Positions 10,290 through 21,256 are shown, counted from the stretch's first letter. The stretch is 64,000 nt of DNA from Candidatus Eremiobacteria bacterium (GCA_963737065.1 CAVTRC010000002.1:256001-320000), one strand, 5' to 3'. Made by a program: numbers and translations. Notes: generated by a model not told the origin, from the letters alone.

Positions 10290-10637
10290 TTATTGTTTGC
10301 CGATTCGCTCGTTGGCGTTATTGAGAAGATAGATCTTATCGGCATGCCGGATGCCGAGCGCTTTTTGATCGTAGATCACGCCGACATACTGCCCGGCTTT
10401 GATCGCCTTCATCTGATACGTCGTCTTGCCGTTAGCAGAAAAGATCTTATCGAATTTGGGTACGAGCGCGAAGCTGAGCGTCTGCTTCGTCTTCGGATCC
10501 TGGACCTTGATGTTCGACGTCGAGATGTGAACGGTTATCCCGTAAAAGGTGTTCGCCGCGAGGGCCGTCAGTGGGGCGAACAGCGTGACGATGAGGAGCA
10601 GCGCGGTGGCGGCGCCGCGCACGATGACGTTTCGCAT
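10290..10637 (-). CDS. Small secreted hypothetical protein
   Basis: Signal peptide ending ALA-A; start set at ATG 10637. Confidence 0.75.
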   Translation of the reverse strand: MRNVIVRGAATALLLIVTLFAPLTALAANTFYGITVHISTSNIKVQDPKTKQTLSFALVPKFDKIFSANGKTTYQMKAIKAGQYVGVIYDQKALGIRHADKIYLLNNANERIGKQ

Positions 10638-10659
10638 ATGAGATAGTATACCCCGTAGC

Positions 10660-11103
10660 ATGCCCACGTTCTTCGATGACCTGCCCACCGAGGCAACCCT
10701 GTTCGCCGACGGTGGCTCACGCGGCAACCCCGGCCCCGCCGCCAGCGGCGCTGTCCTGATCGATCCCGGCGGGCAGCTCCTCGATGAGGTCGGCCGCTAT
10801 CTCGGGATCGCGACGAACAACGTTGCGGAATGGACGGCGCTGTGCATTGGGCTCGAGCGGGCCAAAGAGCGCGGTATTCGGCGGCTTGCCATTCGCCTCG
10901 ATTCAGAGCTCGTCGTAAAGCAAATGCGCGGCGAATACCGCGTAAAGCACGCAGATCTGCAGCCGCTCCACCGTCGCGCGCAAGCGCTGCTTCGCTCCTT
11001 CGAGCACGTCGACATGAAGCATGTACCTCGTAAAGAGAACGCGGTTGCGGATCGCCTGGTCAACGACATCCTCGACCAGGAAGCATCTGCGTCAGCTTCG
11101 TAG
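10660..11103 (+). CDS. rnhA: Ribonuclease HI family protein
   Basis: DGGSRGNPGPA, TNNVAE, DSELVVKQM, RKENAVADRL. Confidence 0.93.
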   Translation: MPTFFDDLPTEATLFADGGSRGNPGPAASGAVLIDPGGQLLDEVGRYLGIATNNVAEWTALCIGLERAKERGIRRLAIRLDSELVVKQMRGEYRVKHADLQPLHRRAQALLRSFEHVDMKHVPRKENAVADRLVNDILDQEASASAS

Positions 11104-11112
11104 CCACGCCGG

Positions 11113-11763
11113 ATGCGCCATCGCTCGATCGTCCCGTTAGCGATTCTCATCTTCGCGATTTTCATGGCGGTCACCGGATACTTTATTTACTGGCGAGCAG
11201 AGACCGGCCGGGTCGCGCAAGTCGCGAGAATTCATAAAGCGAAGAGTGAAATTTATGCGCATCTACTGATTGCCTACGATAAGCCGCCCGTGTACGAAGA
11301 AGAATACCGGATGCAAGATATCGAAGGTAAGTCGGCGTTTACGTACAGAATTCGATCGTATGCGGGCAAAGAAATCAAGATTATTGCGCCGCCCGCGGCG
11401 ATGTACGACGTCAGTTTCTTTTTCGGGAAACTCGATCAGGACGGTGTCTGGCAGATCGTGAATCAGCCGGCGCGCGGCGACACGTCCGTGCATTACACGG
11501 TCTACGTCAAACAGGTCGTCGATTTTAAGCAGGGCGAACGAACCGTGACGTTTACCGATCCGCATTGGTGGGCGGCGAGCGCGGGCCGTCAGTACAACAT
11601 CGATCTTTCGAAGAACAGTCCGAAAGATCTCCTGAAGATGCAAAGCACGTCGCTCGCCGATCCCCGCTATCAAACGATCGTTCGGGATTTTCGCAATTTT
11701 GGGCCTGACGAATTCCGGCAACATATCGCGCAAGCACGCGCGACGCTGGGCATAAAGTCGTGA
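11113..11763 (+). CDS. Membrane-anchored hypothetical protein
   Basis: N-terminal TM helix; operonic spacing with both neighbours. Confidence 0.75.
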   Translation: MRHRSIVPLAILIFAIFMAVTGYFIYWRAETGRVAQVARIHKAKSEIYAHLLIAYDKPPVYEEEYRMQDIEGKSAFTYRIRSYAGKEIKIIAPPAAMYDVSFFFGKLDQDGVWQIVNQPARGDTSVHYTVYVKQVVDFKQGERTVTFTDPHWWAASAGRQYNIDLSKNSPKDLLKMQSTSLADPRYQTIVRDFRNFGPDEFRQHIAQARATLGIKS

Positions 11764-12581
11764 TTCGATCGGCCGCGCGCCGGTTCGCAGTGCGCAGTGT
11801 GGTTGCGGCGGCGGCAGTCGTCATCATCGGTTTCTCCGCGTACGAGATCGCCGAAAATCCGGCGAATCAACTGTTCGGAAAAACGATCGTGAGCGGGCCG
11901 CCCAATGAGAGAGTCGTTGCGTTGACGTACGACGACGGGCCGAATCCCCCGTACACAAACCGGATTCTCGACGTGCTCGGTAGCGAGCACGTGCACGCAA
12001 CGTTCTTCGTCGTCGGCCGAGCGGCTGCCGCGTATCCGTCGATCGTACGCCGTGAAGTACGCGACGGGGATGCAATCGGTAACCATACATGGAGTCACGA
12101 CCATTTGATCGTGATGGACGCTGCCCAGGTCCGTGAGAGCCTATTGAGGACCGACGGCGCAATCTACAGGGCGGCGAGCATTCACACGCGCATCATGCGG
12201 CCGCCGTTCGGAATGCGCGATTGGCTTGTGCTCGATCAGGCGCGCCGCATGGGGTATACACCCGTCATGTGGTCGGTGCCGCTCGCTCATGACTGGGACA
12301 ATCCCTCGCCGCAGGTAATCGCAAATCGCATCGTGCCGTACGTGCGCGACGGCTCCATCATCGTGCTGCATGACGGAAATCGCGGCCAACTCTGTGCTCA
12401 GCAACACCTCTTGGCGCATGTGTGCGACCGGAAGAACGATATCGAAGCGACGCGCTTGATCGTGCGCGAACTCAAGCGCGAAGGCTATCGTTTTGTCACG
12501 GTCCCGCAATTGATGGCGATGCGCGGCGGCCTAACGCGTGGTGTGAGCGTTATGCATACAGCTTCCCCTGAAAGCGAATGA
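11760..12581 (+). CDS. Polysaccharide deacetylase (NodB/CE4)
   Basis: TYDDGP, GNHTWSH, RPPFG, IIVLHDG. Confidence 0.93.
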   Translation: MIRSAARRFAVRSVVAAAAVVIIGFSAYEIAENPANQLFGKTIVSGPPNERVVALTYDDGPNPPYTNRILDVLGSEHVHATFFVVGRAAAAYPSIVRREVRDGDAIGNHTWSHDHLIVMDAAQVRESLLRTDGAIYRAASIHTRIMRPPFGMRDWLVLDQARRMGYTPVMWSVPLAHDWDNPSPQVIANRIVPYVRDGSIIVLHDGNRGQLCAQQHLLAHVCDRKNDIEATRLIVRELKREGYRFVTVPQLMAMRGGLTRGVSVMHTASPESE

Positions 12582-12840
12582 ACCCATCGGGATGCTTGTG
12601 CGCGGGATCGTGATGCGTCCAATGCAGTATCGGCGGCTTGCCGGCATCGTGCACCATGTCTCCACGCGCTTCGACGCGGTCACCCGGACGTACGGGCACC
12701 CGCGGAGCGATGTCGACGTTGTCGATGACCTCGACGGGCCCTCGGGCCGTGTTCATCGTGAATTGTTCGTGTTCGCACCGCGTGTGCGTTCCGAAGAAGA
12801 AGCTCGGTTGAGTCGTCACGGTGCCCGTCACGTCGGTCAT
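12550..12840 (-). CDS. DUF3465-like protein (start uncertain)
   Basis: NVDIAPRVP..GD.VEARG...HWTHHDP..H..G motif. Confidence 0.7.
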   Translation of the reverse strand: MTDVTGTVTTQPSFFFGTHTRCEHEQFTMNTARGPVEVIDNVDIAPRVPVRPGDRVEARGDMVHDAGKPPILHWTHHDPAHKHPDGFIRFQGKLYA

Positions 12841-12893
12841 GCGCGTTACCTCCGCTTGCCGATCACGCGTGCGACCGGGGATAACAAGCGCTA

Positions 12894-13445
12894 ATGCGAA
12901 CGATCGTAACCGCACGCATGCGGCTCGCGCCGGTTACGCCGGAGAATTCAGATTTGCTATGGAGCGTGCTGCAACAGCCTGACTTGCGCGAGTTTCAAGA
13001 CTTGCCCGACGTCGACCGCACGCAGTTTCGGCGTATGGTGTCCGCGCGTCCGCGCACTCTGCTGCCCGGAAGCTGGGGCCGTTTCGAGTGGCTGCTCCAT
13101 CTCACCGATACGAATGAACCGATCGGCTGGGCGTCGTTGCGCATCGCCGAGCGGTCGACGACGACGGGCGAAGTGGGGTACAGCATCGTACGCGAGTATC
13201 GCAGTCGCGGTCTTGCAAGCGAAGCGCTGCGCGCGCTCATCGAAGAGGCGTTCGTAAGGCTCGAGATGCGCAAGGTTCGCGCGTACTGCGTGCCCCGCAA
13301 CGCCGCCTCGCGGCGCGTTCTCGCAAACGCAGGGTTCACCGAAGACGGCGTGCTGCCGCACGGAGCGACGGTGCACGGCAGTCCCGTGGACGTTCTCGGG
13401 TTCGTTCTCGAACGCGTCCGCTGGCTGCAGCGCGAAGCGGTTTAA
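12894..13445 (+). CDS. GNAT acetyltransferase, RimJ/RimL-like
   Basis: EVGYSI..YRSRGLASEA, NAASRRVL..GF..DG. Confidence 0.9.
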   Translation: MRTIVTARMRLAPVTPENSDLLWSVLQQPDLREFQDLPDVDRTQFRRMVSARPRTLLPGSWGRFEWLLHLTDTNEPIGWASLRIAERSTTTGEVGYSIVREYRSRGLASEALRALIEEAFVRLEMRKVRAYCVPRNAASRRVLANAGFTEDGVLPHGATVHGSPVDVLGFVLERVRWLQREAV

Positions 13446-13891
13446 TCGAACCAGCGAACCGTGATACCAGCGTCGTGCGTGCCGAAGTATCGCGTACGCG
13501 TCGCCAAGTACGCGAGCAGCGGTTCGCGCACCACCGCAACGTCGAGCCGCGATCCGAGTTCTTCGAGCGGACACCATGCGGCATCGATGACGTGATCGCC
13601 GGCCGACGGCACACGCAACGTGCCGTTCGTCTCTATTTCGAATACGGCGCTCAGAAAATGCGTCTCGCCGTCGTAGCTTTCACTGACATACGCAAGGTTC
13701 AGAATCGACGCGACCAAACCGGTTTCTTCCCGCACTTCGCGCACGGCGGTTTCGGGCAGGAGCTCGCCGTGCTGCTGACGCCCGCCCGGCAGATTCCACA
13801 ACGGCGCATCGTGGGATGCATACGACGATGCGACGAGCAGCACGGCACCGTTCTGAAGAGCGAGTCCGCTTGCAAGATGAATGCGCGTCAT
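13442..13891 (-). CDS. NUDIX hydrolase
   Basis: PGG..QHGE...TAVREVREETG Nudix box; ATGA overlap with upstream glycosyltransferase. Confidence 0.9.
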   Translation of the reverse strand: MTRIHLASGLALQNGAVLLVASSYASHDAPLWNLPGGRQQHGELLPETAVREVREETGLVASILNLAYVSESYDGETHFLSAVFEIETNGTLRVPSAGDHVIDAAWCPLEELGSRLDVAVVREPLLAYLATRTRYFGTHDAGITVRWFD

Positions 13892-14928
13892 TCGCGCGCG
13901 GCCTTTTGCAAGACGTCGAGCGTTGCGAGCGCGGTCTTTCTCCATGTCATCTCTGCGGCACGACGCAATCCTCGTTCGCGCAGTTGCGCGGCGAATTGCG
14001 CATCGTGCAGAATGCGAAGAATCGCGTCGGCTATCGCGCGATCGTCGTCGACCGGAACATAGAGTGCGGCGTCGCCCGCGGCTTCGGGGATCGCCGTGTT
14101 CGCCGTCGTGACGACCGGCGTACCGTGCGCCATCGCCTCGAGCGCGGGGAGTCCGAAGCCTTCATACCGCGACGGGAAAACGAAGACCGCTGCATCGCGA
14201 TAGAGCGACGCGAGCGTCGGGTCGTCGGTCCAACCAAGCTCGCGGAAGCGGGTTTTCTGCGCTGCATCGATTCCGTCGCCACGCATGCCGGCGAGCACCA
14301 GCCCGACGTCGGCGCGCTGCGACTGCACCCGTTGCATTGCGCGAAGCAGCGCTTCGACCCCCTTCCGCTTCTCCGTCATGCCGACGAAGAGCACGTACGG
14401 TTTCAACGCCCGCGTGTCGACGCTGCCGGGTGCGTTGCCGTTATCGAAGCGCACGCCGCTCGGAATCGCGGTGATGCGGTCGGGCGCAATGTCCAGCACG
14501 CCAATCAATTCTTGGCGAGAGAACTCAGACACCGTGATGAGACTAGAACAATGCTCGGCCGCCGCGCGGAAAATCGTTTGTATTTCGGGCGCGTAGCCGG
14601 GTATCACGAAGTTCGTCGCGTCGTGAAGCGTCGCGACCGCAGGAAGCGAGAAATTCGTCCAGCTGCACCCGTTCCACGGAAACCACAGCACGTCGAGGCC
14701 AGCGAAGCGGTGCAGCGCGCGCGACACGACGCGGTACGGAGCATTGTCGACTTCACGAGCATATAGTTTGCGCACCGTCCAGGTATGCCACTCGGGGACG
14801 ATCAGCGTTACCGCGACGCGATCCGGAAGCGAGCGCCACTCACGCAGAATTTCGCGAACGTATCGTCCGATACCACGATGATCGCCGGGCAAATTCCAAG
14901 CGTCGACGCCGACCGAAAGCACCAGCAA
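13888..14928 (-). CDS. Glycosyltransferase family 4
   Basis: TVSEFS, KRKG, FPSRYEGFGLPALEAMAHG. Confidence 0.93.
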   Translation of the reverse strand: MLVLSVGVDAWNLPGDHRGIGRYVREILREWRSLPDRVAVTLIVPEWHTWTVRKLYAREVDNAPYRVVSRALHRFAGLDVLWFPWNGCSWTNFSLPAVATLHDATNFVIPGYAPEIQTIFRAAAEHCSSLITVSEFSRQELIGVLDIAPDRITAIPSGVRFDNGNAPGSVDTRALKPYVLFVGMTEKRKGVEALLRAMQRVQSQRADVGLVLAGMRGDGIDAAQKTRFRELGWTDDPTLASLYRDAAVFVFPSRYEGFGLPALEAMAHGTPVVTTANTAIPEAAGDAALYVPVDDDRAIADAILRILHDAQFAAQLRERGLRRAAEMTWRKTALATLDVLQKAARE

Positions 14929-14961
14929 GAACTACGAGGCGCGCATCAAAAATTCCCCACC

Positions 14962-16112
14962 GTGCGATTCTTCCGGCGTCCCACGCCGCCGCCGCTGCCC
15001 TGGAATACGGAAATGCTCGTTCTCGGTGAAAAGGACGGCGCGTTTGCAGCGGTGCGCAACAGCCGAGTGTTGATTTATTGGCCGCACGGCTTCGGGGACT
15101 TCGTCCACCTCTCGTATGTCATTCCGCTACTCGAGCCATCGAACGAGTACTTCATCACGCGCTTCGGCGACGATTTCGTCCATCTCTACGATGAAGGCCG
15201 GCGTGCCGCACCGATCTACTCCGGTGAGATGTCCGTCGGCAATGGGAGCGCCTTCGGCGTTGCGCCGCACTTCGGACTCGACATGGACGCGATCGCAAAC
15301 CGGGTGGAGCGCATTGAGATTCCCGAACCGCTCCGATCGCGTATCCATGATGCGAAGGTCGAGCTGATGCTCTTCAGCCGGTATCCCGAGATGACGGGAC
15401 GCACGCCGTATCCGTACCAGACCAAGGCACGTTTTCTCGCGTCGAAGCTCGTCGGTGCGAAGAGGCTCGCACAGTTCGATCTGTCCAAGCCGCTCCGATC
15501 GTCGCTCGCCTTTCGCGCGCCGGCGGATGCGGTGCGCCGAGTCGAGCAGCGCTTGCGCGATGCTGTTGCTCCCGGTGAGCGCTTGTATCTCCTTTCGCCC
15601 GGCGGTCACACGCAACTGCGCAAAGTTTTCCCCGAAAAGAGGTTGTCGCGTTCGCGCGCGAGATCCGCCGGCGTGATCCTCGCGCCCGCGTGATCACGGT
15701 CGATGAACGGACGTCGGATGCAATAGGACGCGAACGTAATGTCGCACCAACGACGACCGATCTCTTCGCAGATCTCGGCGTGCCGTTCGCGCACGTCCTC
15801 GTGACGCTGATCCGCGCATCCCACGCGTACGCCGGCGTCGCATCGGGCCCGTTGCACGCGGCGCTTTCGATTGGCGAACGGCCGATCGTCGGCATTTGGC
15901 TCGGTCATTGGCCCGAGTACTACGATGAGCCGTCACCCGATGCAGTCCATCTCGTGGGCCCGCTCGTGTATCGGGAAAAGCTCGATCGTCGCGCCGGCGC
16001 GCAAACAAAAGCGGCCGCCGGCGTGCTGCAATATACGATCGTGCCGTTTCGCAAACGCGCTCCACGCGCGCAGGATGTGATCGCCGCGTTCGACGCTATT
16101 CAGCGGCCATAG
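14962..16112 (+). pseudogene. Putative GT9 (heptosyltransferase-like) glycosyltransferase, split by frameshift near 15637
   Basis: HGFGDFVH in the first frame, GVASGPLHAA in the second; adding one base in the A run at 15635-15638 restores ..PE(K)EVVAFAREIRRRDPRARVITVD. Confidence 0.65.
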
Positions 16113-17595
16113 CGACCGACGCGGAGGCGGCCTTGCGTTTCTTTACCGTCAGGAAGAGCACGAGCGGCGTCGCGATGACAAAGACGATCGCGGTTATGCG
16201 GAAGAGATAGTCGTACGCGATCATCGTCGATTGTTGCGAGACCATGTTGGTGAGCGTGCTCACCGAGTAGCCGTGGGTCTGGGTAACGCCCGATGCGAGA
16301 ACGTTCCACGCAATCGCCGTTTCATGCGTGAGGAGCGTCGTCAGGATCGCGATACCGAAGCTTCCTCCGAGCTGACGGATCAGCGTATTGACACCGGTTG
16401 CGCCCGCCAGTTCACCGACCGGCACGTCGTTGAGCGTAACTGTCGAAAGCGGCACGAACAGGAATCCGAGTCCGAACCCCTGGATGAGCCGCGGCCAAAA
16501 GACGTCCCAGTATCCCGCTTGCGTATTCAAACTCCCGAGCCACCAGCAGGAATAGGCAAAGAGCAGCATGCCGAACGCAATCGAGACGCGCGCATCGATG
16601 TAGTTGAGAATGCGCCCGATGATGACCATGCTCAGCGCCGTAGAGAGCGCGCCCGGCAAAAGCGCAAGCCCCGTATCGAACGCCGTGAAATTTAAAATGG
16701 TTTGAAAGAACAGCGGCAAGATCAGCGCGGTGCCGAAGAGTCCGAAGCCGGTAATGACGCCGATAATCTGTCCGATGGTAAACGACTTTAGCCGAAAGAC
16801 ATGCAGGTCCACGAGCGGGTGTTTGTCGCGCAGCATCTTGATGATGAAGAACGTTAGCGTCACCGCCGCAACCACCGTCAGAATCGTAATTGCACTCGAC
16901 GAATACCACTCGTCGTGTTCACCGCGCTCCAAGACGTACTGCAGCGACGCGAGTCCCGCGCACAGCAAACTCAATCCGATCCAATCCACGCCGGCCTTCG
17001 GCTTCTCGATGTACTTCGGGTTTGGGATAAACATCAGCGTCATCATGAACGCAACGATGCCGATCGGGATGTTGATGTAGAAGATCAAGGGCCACGTCGC
17101 ATTATCCACGATGTAGCCTCCGAGCGTCGGACCAACTGCCGGGCCCACCATCGCGCCTAAACCAAAAATCGCCATGGCGGCGCCGCGCTTCTGCGGCGGA
17201 TATGTCTCAAAGAGCAGCGCCTGCGCCGTGGGTTGCAATGCGCCGCCGCCGATGCCTTGCAGCACGCGGTAAATAATCAGCTGCGTGATGCTCGTCGCCG
17301 TTCCGCACAAAAATGATGCGACGGTAAAGACCGCAAGCGACGCCGCGTAAAAGCGTTTGCGTCCCAAGAACGCCGTGAGCCAGCCGTTCAACGGCATGAT
17401 GCAAACGTTAGAAAGAATGTAGCCGGTCGCGACCCACGACACTTCATCAACGGACGCCCCGAGGTTGCCGCCGATGGTGTTGAGGGCAACGTTGACGATC
17501 GTCGTGTCGATGATGGCCATGATCATGCCGAGCATGACCGTGACCGTAATCAGTGCAACCGGTGGATTCTCTTGGTGAGCAAACGGGTTACGCAT
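16096..17595 (-). CDS. DHA2 family MFS efflux permease (EmrB/QacA)
   Basis: DTTIVNVAL, WVATGY, GRKR, GPAVGPTLGG, FYINIPIG; about 14 hydrophobic segments. Confidence 0.94.
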   Translation of the reverse strand: MRNPFAHQENPPVALITVTVMLGMIMAIIDTTIVNVALNTIGGNLGASVDEVSWVATGYILSNVCIMPLNGWLTAFLGRKRFYAASLAVFTVASFLCGTATSITQLIIYRVLQGIGGGALQPTAQALLFETYPPQKRGAAMAIFGLGAMVGPAVGPTLGGYIVDNATWPLIFYINIPIGIVAFMMTLMFIPNPKYIEKPKAGVDWIGLSLLCAGLASLQYVLERGEHDEWYSSSAITILTVVAAVTLTFFIIKMLRDKHPLVDLHVFRLKSFTIGQIIGVITGFGLFGTALILPLFFQTILNFTAFDTGLALLPGALSTALSMVIIGRILNYIDARVSIAFGMLLFAYSCWWLGSLNTQAGYWDVFWPRLIQGFGLGFLFVPLSTVTLNDVPVGELAGATGVNTLIRQLGGSFGIAILTTLLTHETAIAWNVLASGVTQTHGYSVSTLTNMVSQQSTMIAYDYLFRITAIVFVIATPLVLFLTVKKRKAASASVAMAAE

Positions 17596-17605
17596 CGCGA
17601 TTATT

Positions 17606-17629
17606 AACCTGCTAAATATTTACACGGTT
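17606..17629. promoter_or_regulatory. Palindromic operator upstream of efflux pump
   Basis: AACC-N3-TAAATATTTA-N3-GGTT, 10 bp from the start codon. Confidence 0.6.
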
Positions 17630-17676
17630 GCAGCCGTTAAAGCCTGTTTCGCCGCCGGGCTGCACGGATGCGGTTC

Positions 17677-19014
17677 CTAACGCGGGACCAACAACAGAAG
17701 GCTTGCGCCGAAGACAACGAGTGCAACGAAGAATGCCATCGCAGTGAACGCCATGACGCGTCGTAATCCGATCCCCGCGATCGCCAGGACCGGCAAACAC
17801 CAAAACGGCTGAATCATATTCGCCACCTCTTCCCCGATTGCAACCGCCATCGCGCTCGCGCCTTGCGACGCGCCGAGCTTCGTCGCGGCCGGTACGACAA
17901 ACGGTCCTTGCACGGCCCAGTGCCCGCCGCCGCTCGGCACGAAGAGCGAAATAATAATACTCGAGACATAGCTCCAGAATGGAAGCGTTGCGGCAGTCGA
18001 AAACGCAACGAACCACTGCGCGATCACGCCCGCAAGCCCAGTGCCCGTCATGATCCCCATAATGCCGCCGTAGAGCGGGTACTGCACGAGCAGCGGCCCC
18101 GTTATGCGCGCAGCGTCATTGATCGCGCGAACGTACGCCACCGGCGTCCAGTGCAAGAGTAGCCCGAGCAGAAAGAAGATGAAGATTACGCTCTGAATCG
18201 GAAGCGAAAATCCCGTGGTAAGCCAATTCGACACGAGGTAATACGCGCCGCCGATGACGATCGCAAGATTGAGAATCCATGCGCGATCCAACGCGGAGCC
18301 GAGCGTCGGACGCGCTTGCGGTTCCGCCGTTGGAGGTTCCGTATTGTCGGGCGGAAGTTGCGCTGCAACGACATCGTTGCCGCGCGGCTCGAACGCAAGG
18401 AAGACGAACGGAATCACGATGAGCAGCACGATGACCGGCACGAGGTTGAACGGCGTGAAGATCGTCTTTGAAAGCCGCAGCACGACGCCCGTTAGCGATT
18501 GAACGATATTGAGCTTGCTGCCCGGCGTGGCTTGCGCGAGTGCGATGGAGCTCGAAAGTCCACTTGCCCAAATCAAAAAGCCGCAGTACGCGGCCGCGAC
18601 GAGCCAGCCGAAATCGATCCGCATGCGTTGCGCGATCGTGCGCGCAAGAATTCCGGCCACGACGAGTCCGAATCCCCAATTCAACCAACATGCGATTGCC
18701 GAGACAAGAAACGTTGTCGTCACCGCAGCGCGCGTCGTCGTTGGGAGCGCCGCCAACCCGAGAAGTCCCCGCCGCACCGGCGCGCTGTTTGCGAGCGCAT
18801 AGCCGGTCACGAGGATAAGGATCATCTGCAAGGCAAATTCGAAAATATCGAAGATGCCTTTGTACCAGGACGACGCGACGGCGATCGGCGTATGATGCGG
18901 CGCTAAAATGACGGCCAGCAGCGCGGTTACGAGGGTCAGCAGAACCGCAAAGACATACGGATCGGGAATCGCGAATTCGAAGACGCGGACGAAAAATTCA
19001 GAGATCGCTCGCAT
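17677..19014 (-). CDS. atoE: Short-chain fatty acid transporter, AtoE family
   Basis: PDPYVFAVLLT, FALQMILILVTG, QYPLYGGIMG, PSGGGHWAVQGP, NMIQPFW. Confidence 0.9.
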   Translation of the reverse strand: MRAISEFFVRVFEFAIPDPYVFAVLLTLVTALLAVILAPHHTPIAVASSWYKGIFDIFEFALQMILILVTGYALANSAPVRRGLLGLAALPTTTRAAVTTTFLVSAIACWLNWGFGLVVAGILARTIAQRMRIDFGWLVAAAYCGFLIWASGLSSSIALAQATPGSKLNIVQSLTGVVLRLSKTIFTPFNLVPVIVLLIVIPFVFLAFEPRGNDVVAAQLPPDNTEPPTAEPQARPTLGSALDRAWILNLAIVIGGAYYLVSNWLTTGFSLPIQSVIFIFFLLGLLLHWTPVAYVRAINDAARITGPLLVQYPLYGGIMGIMTGTGLAGVIAQWFVAFSTAATLPFWSYVSSIIISLFVPSGGGHWAVQGPFVVPAATKLGASQGASAMAVAIGEEVANMIQPFWCLPVLAIAGIGLRRVMAFTAMAFFVALVVFGASLLLLVPR

Positions 19015-19181
19015 GGCGTTGCGTTCGCGAAAAGCGTGGTTGCGCGCCTGTCGAATAACCGCGGCATGCCGGCCGTCCGCCTATCACGCTTTCCGCGATC
19101 CGGTCGACGTTGTCCACGTCGCCCGGATTGTGCCCCCTTGAGGTCGGCGCGACGTGTGACGTTTTTGTTCCGGAGGTTGGC

Positions 19182-21167
19182 ATGAGGCGACGCGCCTTTT
19201 TGGCGCACACGGTGGGTGCGTTGGGTGCCGCGACGTTCCCCGCGCGCGTACTCGCTACTGGACGTGACCTCACGCTTGCAAACGATGCGATTGCAGCTAC
19301 CTTCACGATCGACGACGGTACGTTGCGTCTCGCGTCCCTCGCCGATCGCCTAAATCGATCCTCCATCCCGCCCCCGCGTGAACTCTTCGCAATAGTTCTG
19401 CATGACGGCACGCAACTTCGCTCGAGCGAATTCACGGTTGTGGGAGACGCGCGCGTCGAAACCCTTGTTCCAGATTCCCAAGCATCGCGCTTCGCCGACC
19501 GGCTTTCGGGCAACGCGGTCGCGGTGGAACTGCTGCATCGAAGCGGTCGCGCGCGGGTGCAGTGGCGCGCGCTGTTGCGTGACGGTGCTCATTACGTTCG
19601 GCAGACCATAAGCGTCGATGCCGTCGGCGCCGAACTCGTGATCGACGGCGTACGCATGATCGACTTCGTCAATCTTCCCGATGCATTGGTCGTTGGCAGT
19701 GTTGACGGTTCGCCGATCGTGTCAGGCAACTGGTTCTTGGGCATCGAGCATCCGTTCGCGCAAGCCGAGGGTGTGTACGACCGAGCATCCGCGACGTTGC
19801 CATACCACCTGCCGCTGCGTCCCGGCGTGCCTGTCGTCGTTTCCAACGTGATCGGTGTAACGCGACCGGGACAACGCCGTCGCGATTTCTTGCGCTACGT
19901 CGAACGCGAGCGAGCGCATCCGTACCGGACGTTTCTGCACTATAACTCGTGGTATGACATCGGCTATTTCACGCCGTACACCGCGGATGAAGCCGTTTCA
20001 CGCATCGAGGCGTTCGGCCAAGCGTTACACGTTCAACGCGGCGTGCGTTTGGAGTCATTCTTATTCGACGATGGCTGGGACGACCCAGACCGTTTGTGGC
20101 AATTCAATTCCGGTTTTCGCGATGGATTCGCGTCGCTGCACGCTGCGGCCGAGCAGTACGGCGCGGCGCCGGGTGCATGGCTCTCGCCATGGGGCGGTTA
20201 TGGAAAACCGCACGAGCGCCGGATTGCAAGTGCCATACGTGAAGGCTATGAGACCGACTCAAATGGTCTTGCGCTCTCCGGCCCGCGATACTATGAATAT
20301 TTCACCGACGTGGTCACGCGGTTCATTCAGCGCGGCGGCGTCAATCAGTTCAAAATCGACGGCACCGGCGACAACAGCACAGTCTATCCCGGCAGCCGCT
20401 TCGGCAGCAACTTCGATGCGGCGATTCATCTCATCGAGACGATGCGCCGGCTGGAGCCGAACATCTACGTCAACTTGACGACCGGCACGTATCCCTCACC
20501 GTTTTGGCTGCGGTACTGCGATTCTATCTGGCGCGGTGGTTACGATCATAACTTCGAGGGCGTTGGCACGCACCGTCAAAAGTGGATCACGTACCGCGAT
20601 GCCGACACGTACGCCGGCATCGTGACGCAAGGGCCGCTCTATCCGCTGAACTCACTCATGCTGCACGGGTTGATCTACGCGCAGCACGCCAAGCATCTCG
20701 ACTCCGATCCACACGGTGATTTTCGCGACGAAATTCGATCGTATTTCTCCACCGGTACGCAGCTGCAGGAGATGTACGTTACGCCGACGCTGCTTTCGCC
20801 GCAAAACTGGAACGATCTCGCGCAAGCGGCAAAGTGGTCGGCCGTGAATGCCGACGTATTGTGCGATACGCACTGGGTCGGCGGCAATCCAGCGCGGCTC
20901 GATGTGTACGGCTGGGCGTCCTGGTCAGCGCGCAAAGGGATTCTTGCATTGCGCAATCCGAGCGATCGAGCACAAGAGATTGCGCTCGACATCGGCTCGG
21001 TGTTGGAGGTCCCTGATGAGTCGCCACGTGAGTATGTCGCTCGCAGCCCCTGGCATGGCGAAGCAGGTTCGCCGTTACGGCTGCGCGCCGACTCAACGCA
21101 CCTTTTCCGCTTGCAGCCCTTCGAGGTCATGACGCTCGAGCTCATCCCGGCCGTCGCACGTAGATGA
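19182..21167 (+). CDS. Tat-exported glycoside-hydrolase-like TIM-barrel protein
   Basis: GGAGG RBS; MRRRAFL twin-arginine signal; YNSW, FDDGW, WLSPW, FKIDG motifs reminiscent of clan GH-D alpha-galactosidases. Confidence 0.75.
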   Translation: MRRRAFLAHTVGALGAATFPARVLATGRDLTLANDAIAATFTIDDGTLRLASLADRLNRSSIPPPRELFAIVLHDGTQLRSSEFTVVGDARVETLVPDSQASRFADRLSGNAVAVELLHRSGRARVQWRALLRDGAHYVRQTISVDAVGAELVIDGVRMIDFVNLPDALVVGSVDGSPIVSGNWFLGIEHPFAQAEGVYDRASATLPYHLPLRPGVPVVVSNVIGVTRPGQRRRDFLRYVERERAHPYRTFLHYNSWYDIGYFTPYTADEAVSRIEAFGQALHVQRGVRLESFLFDDGWDDPDRLWQFNSGFRDGFASLHAAAEQYGAAPGAWLSPWGGYGKPHERRIASAIREGYETDSNGLALSGPRYYEYFTDVVTRFIQRGGVNQFKIDGTGDNSTVYPGSRFGSNFDAAIHLIETMRRLEPNIYVNLTTGTYPSPFWLRYCDSIWRGGYDHNFEGVGTHRQKWITYRDADTYAGIVTQGPLYPLNSLMLHGLIYAQHAKHLDSDPHGDFRDEIRSYFSTGTQLQEMYVTPTLLSPQNWNDLAQAAKWSAVNADVLCDTHWVGGNPARLDVYGWASWSARKGILALRNPSDRAQEIALDIGSVLEVPDESPREYVARSPWHGEAGSPLRLRADSTHLFRLQPFEVMTLELIPAVARR

Positions 21168-21256
21168 CGCGGATTGAGTAGTGCTGAAATGCGTGCCTCA
21201 TGCTATTCTAAAGGCGCGAGTTCGGGCGGAACGCTTCGATTGGTGCGTGTTGTATT

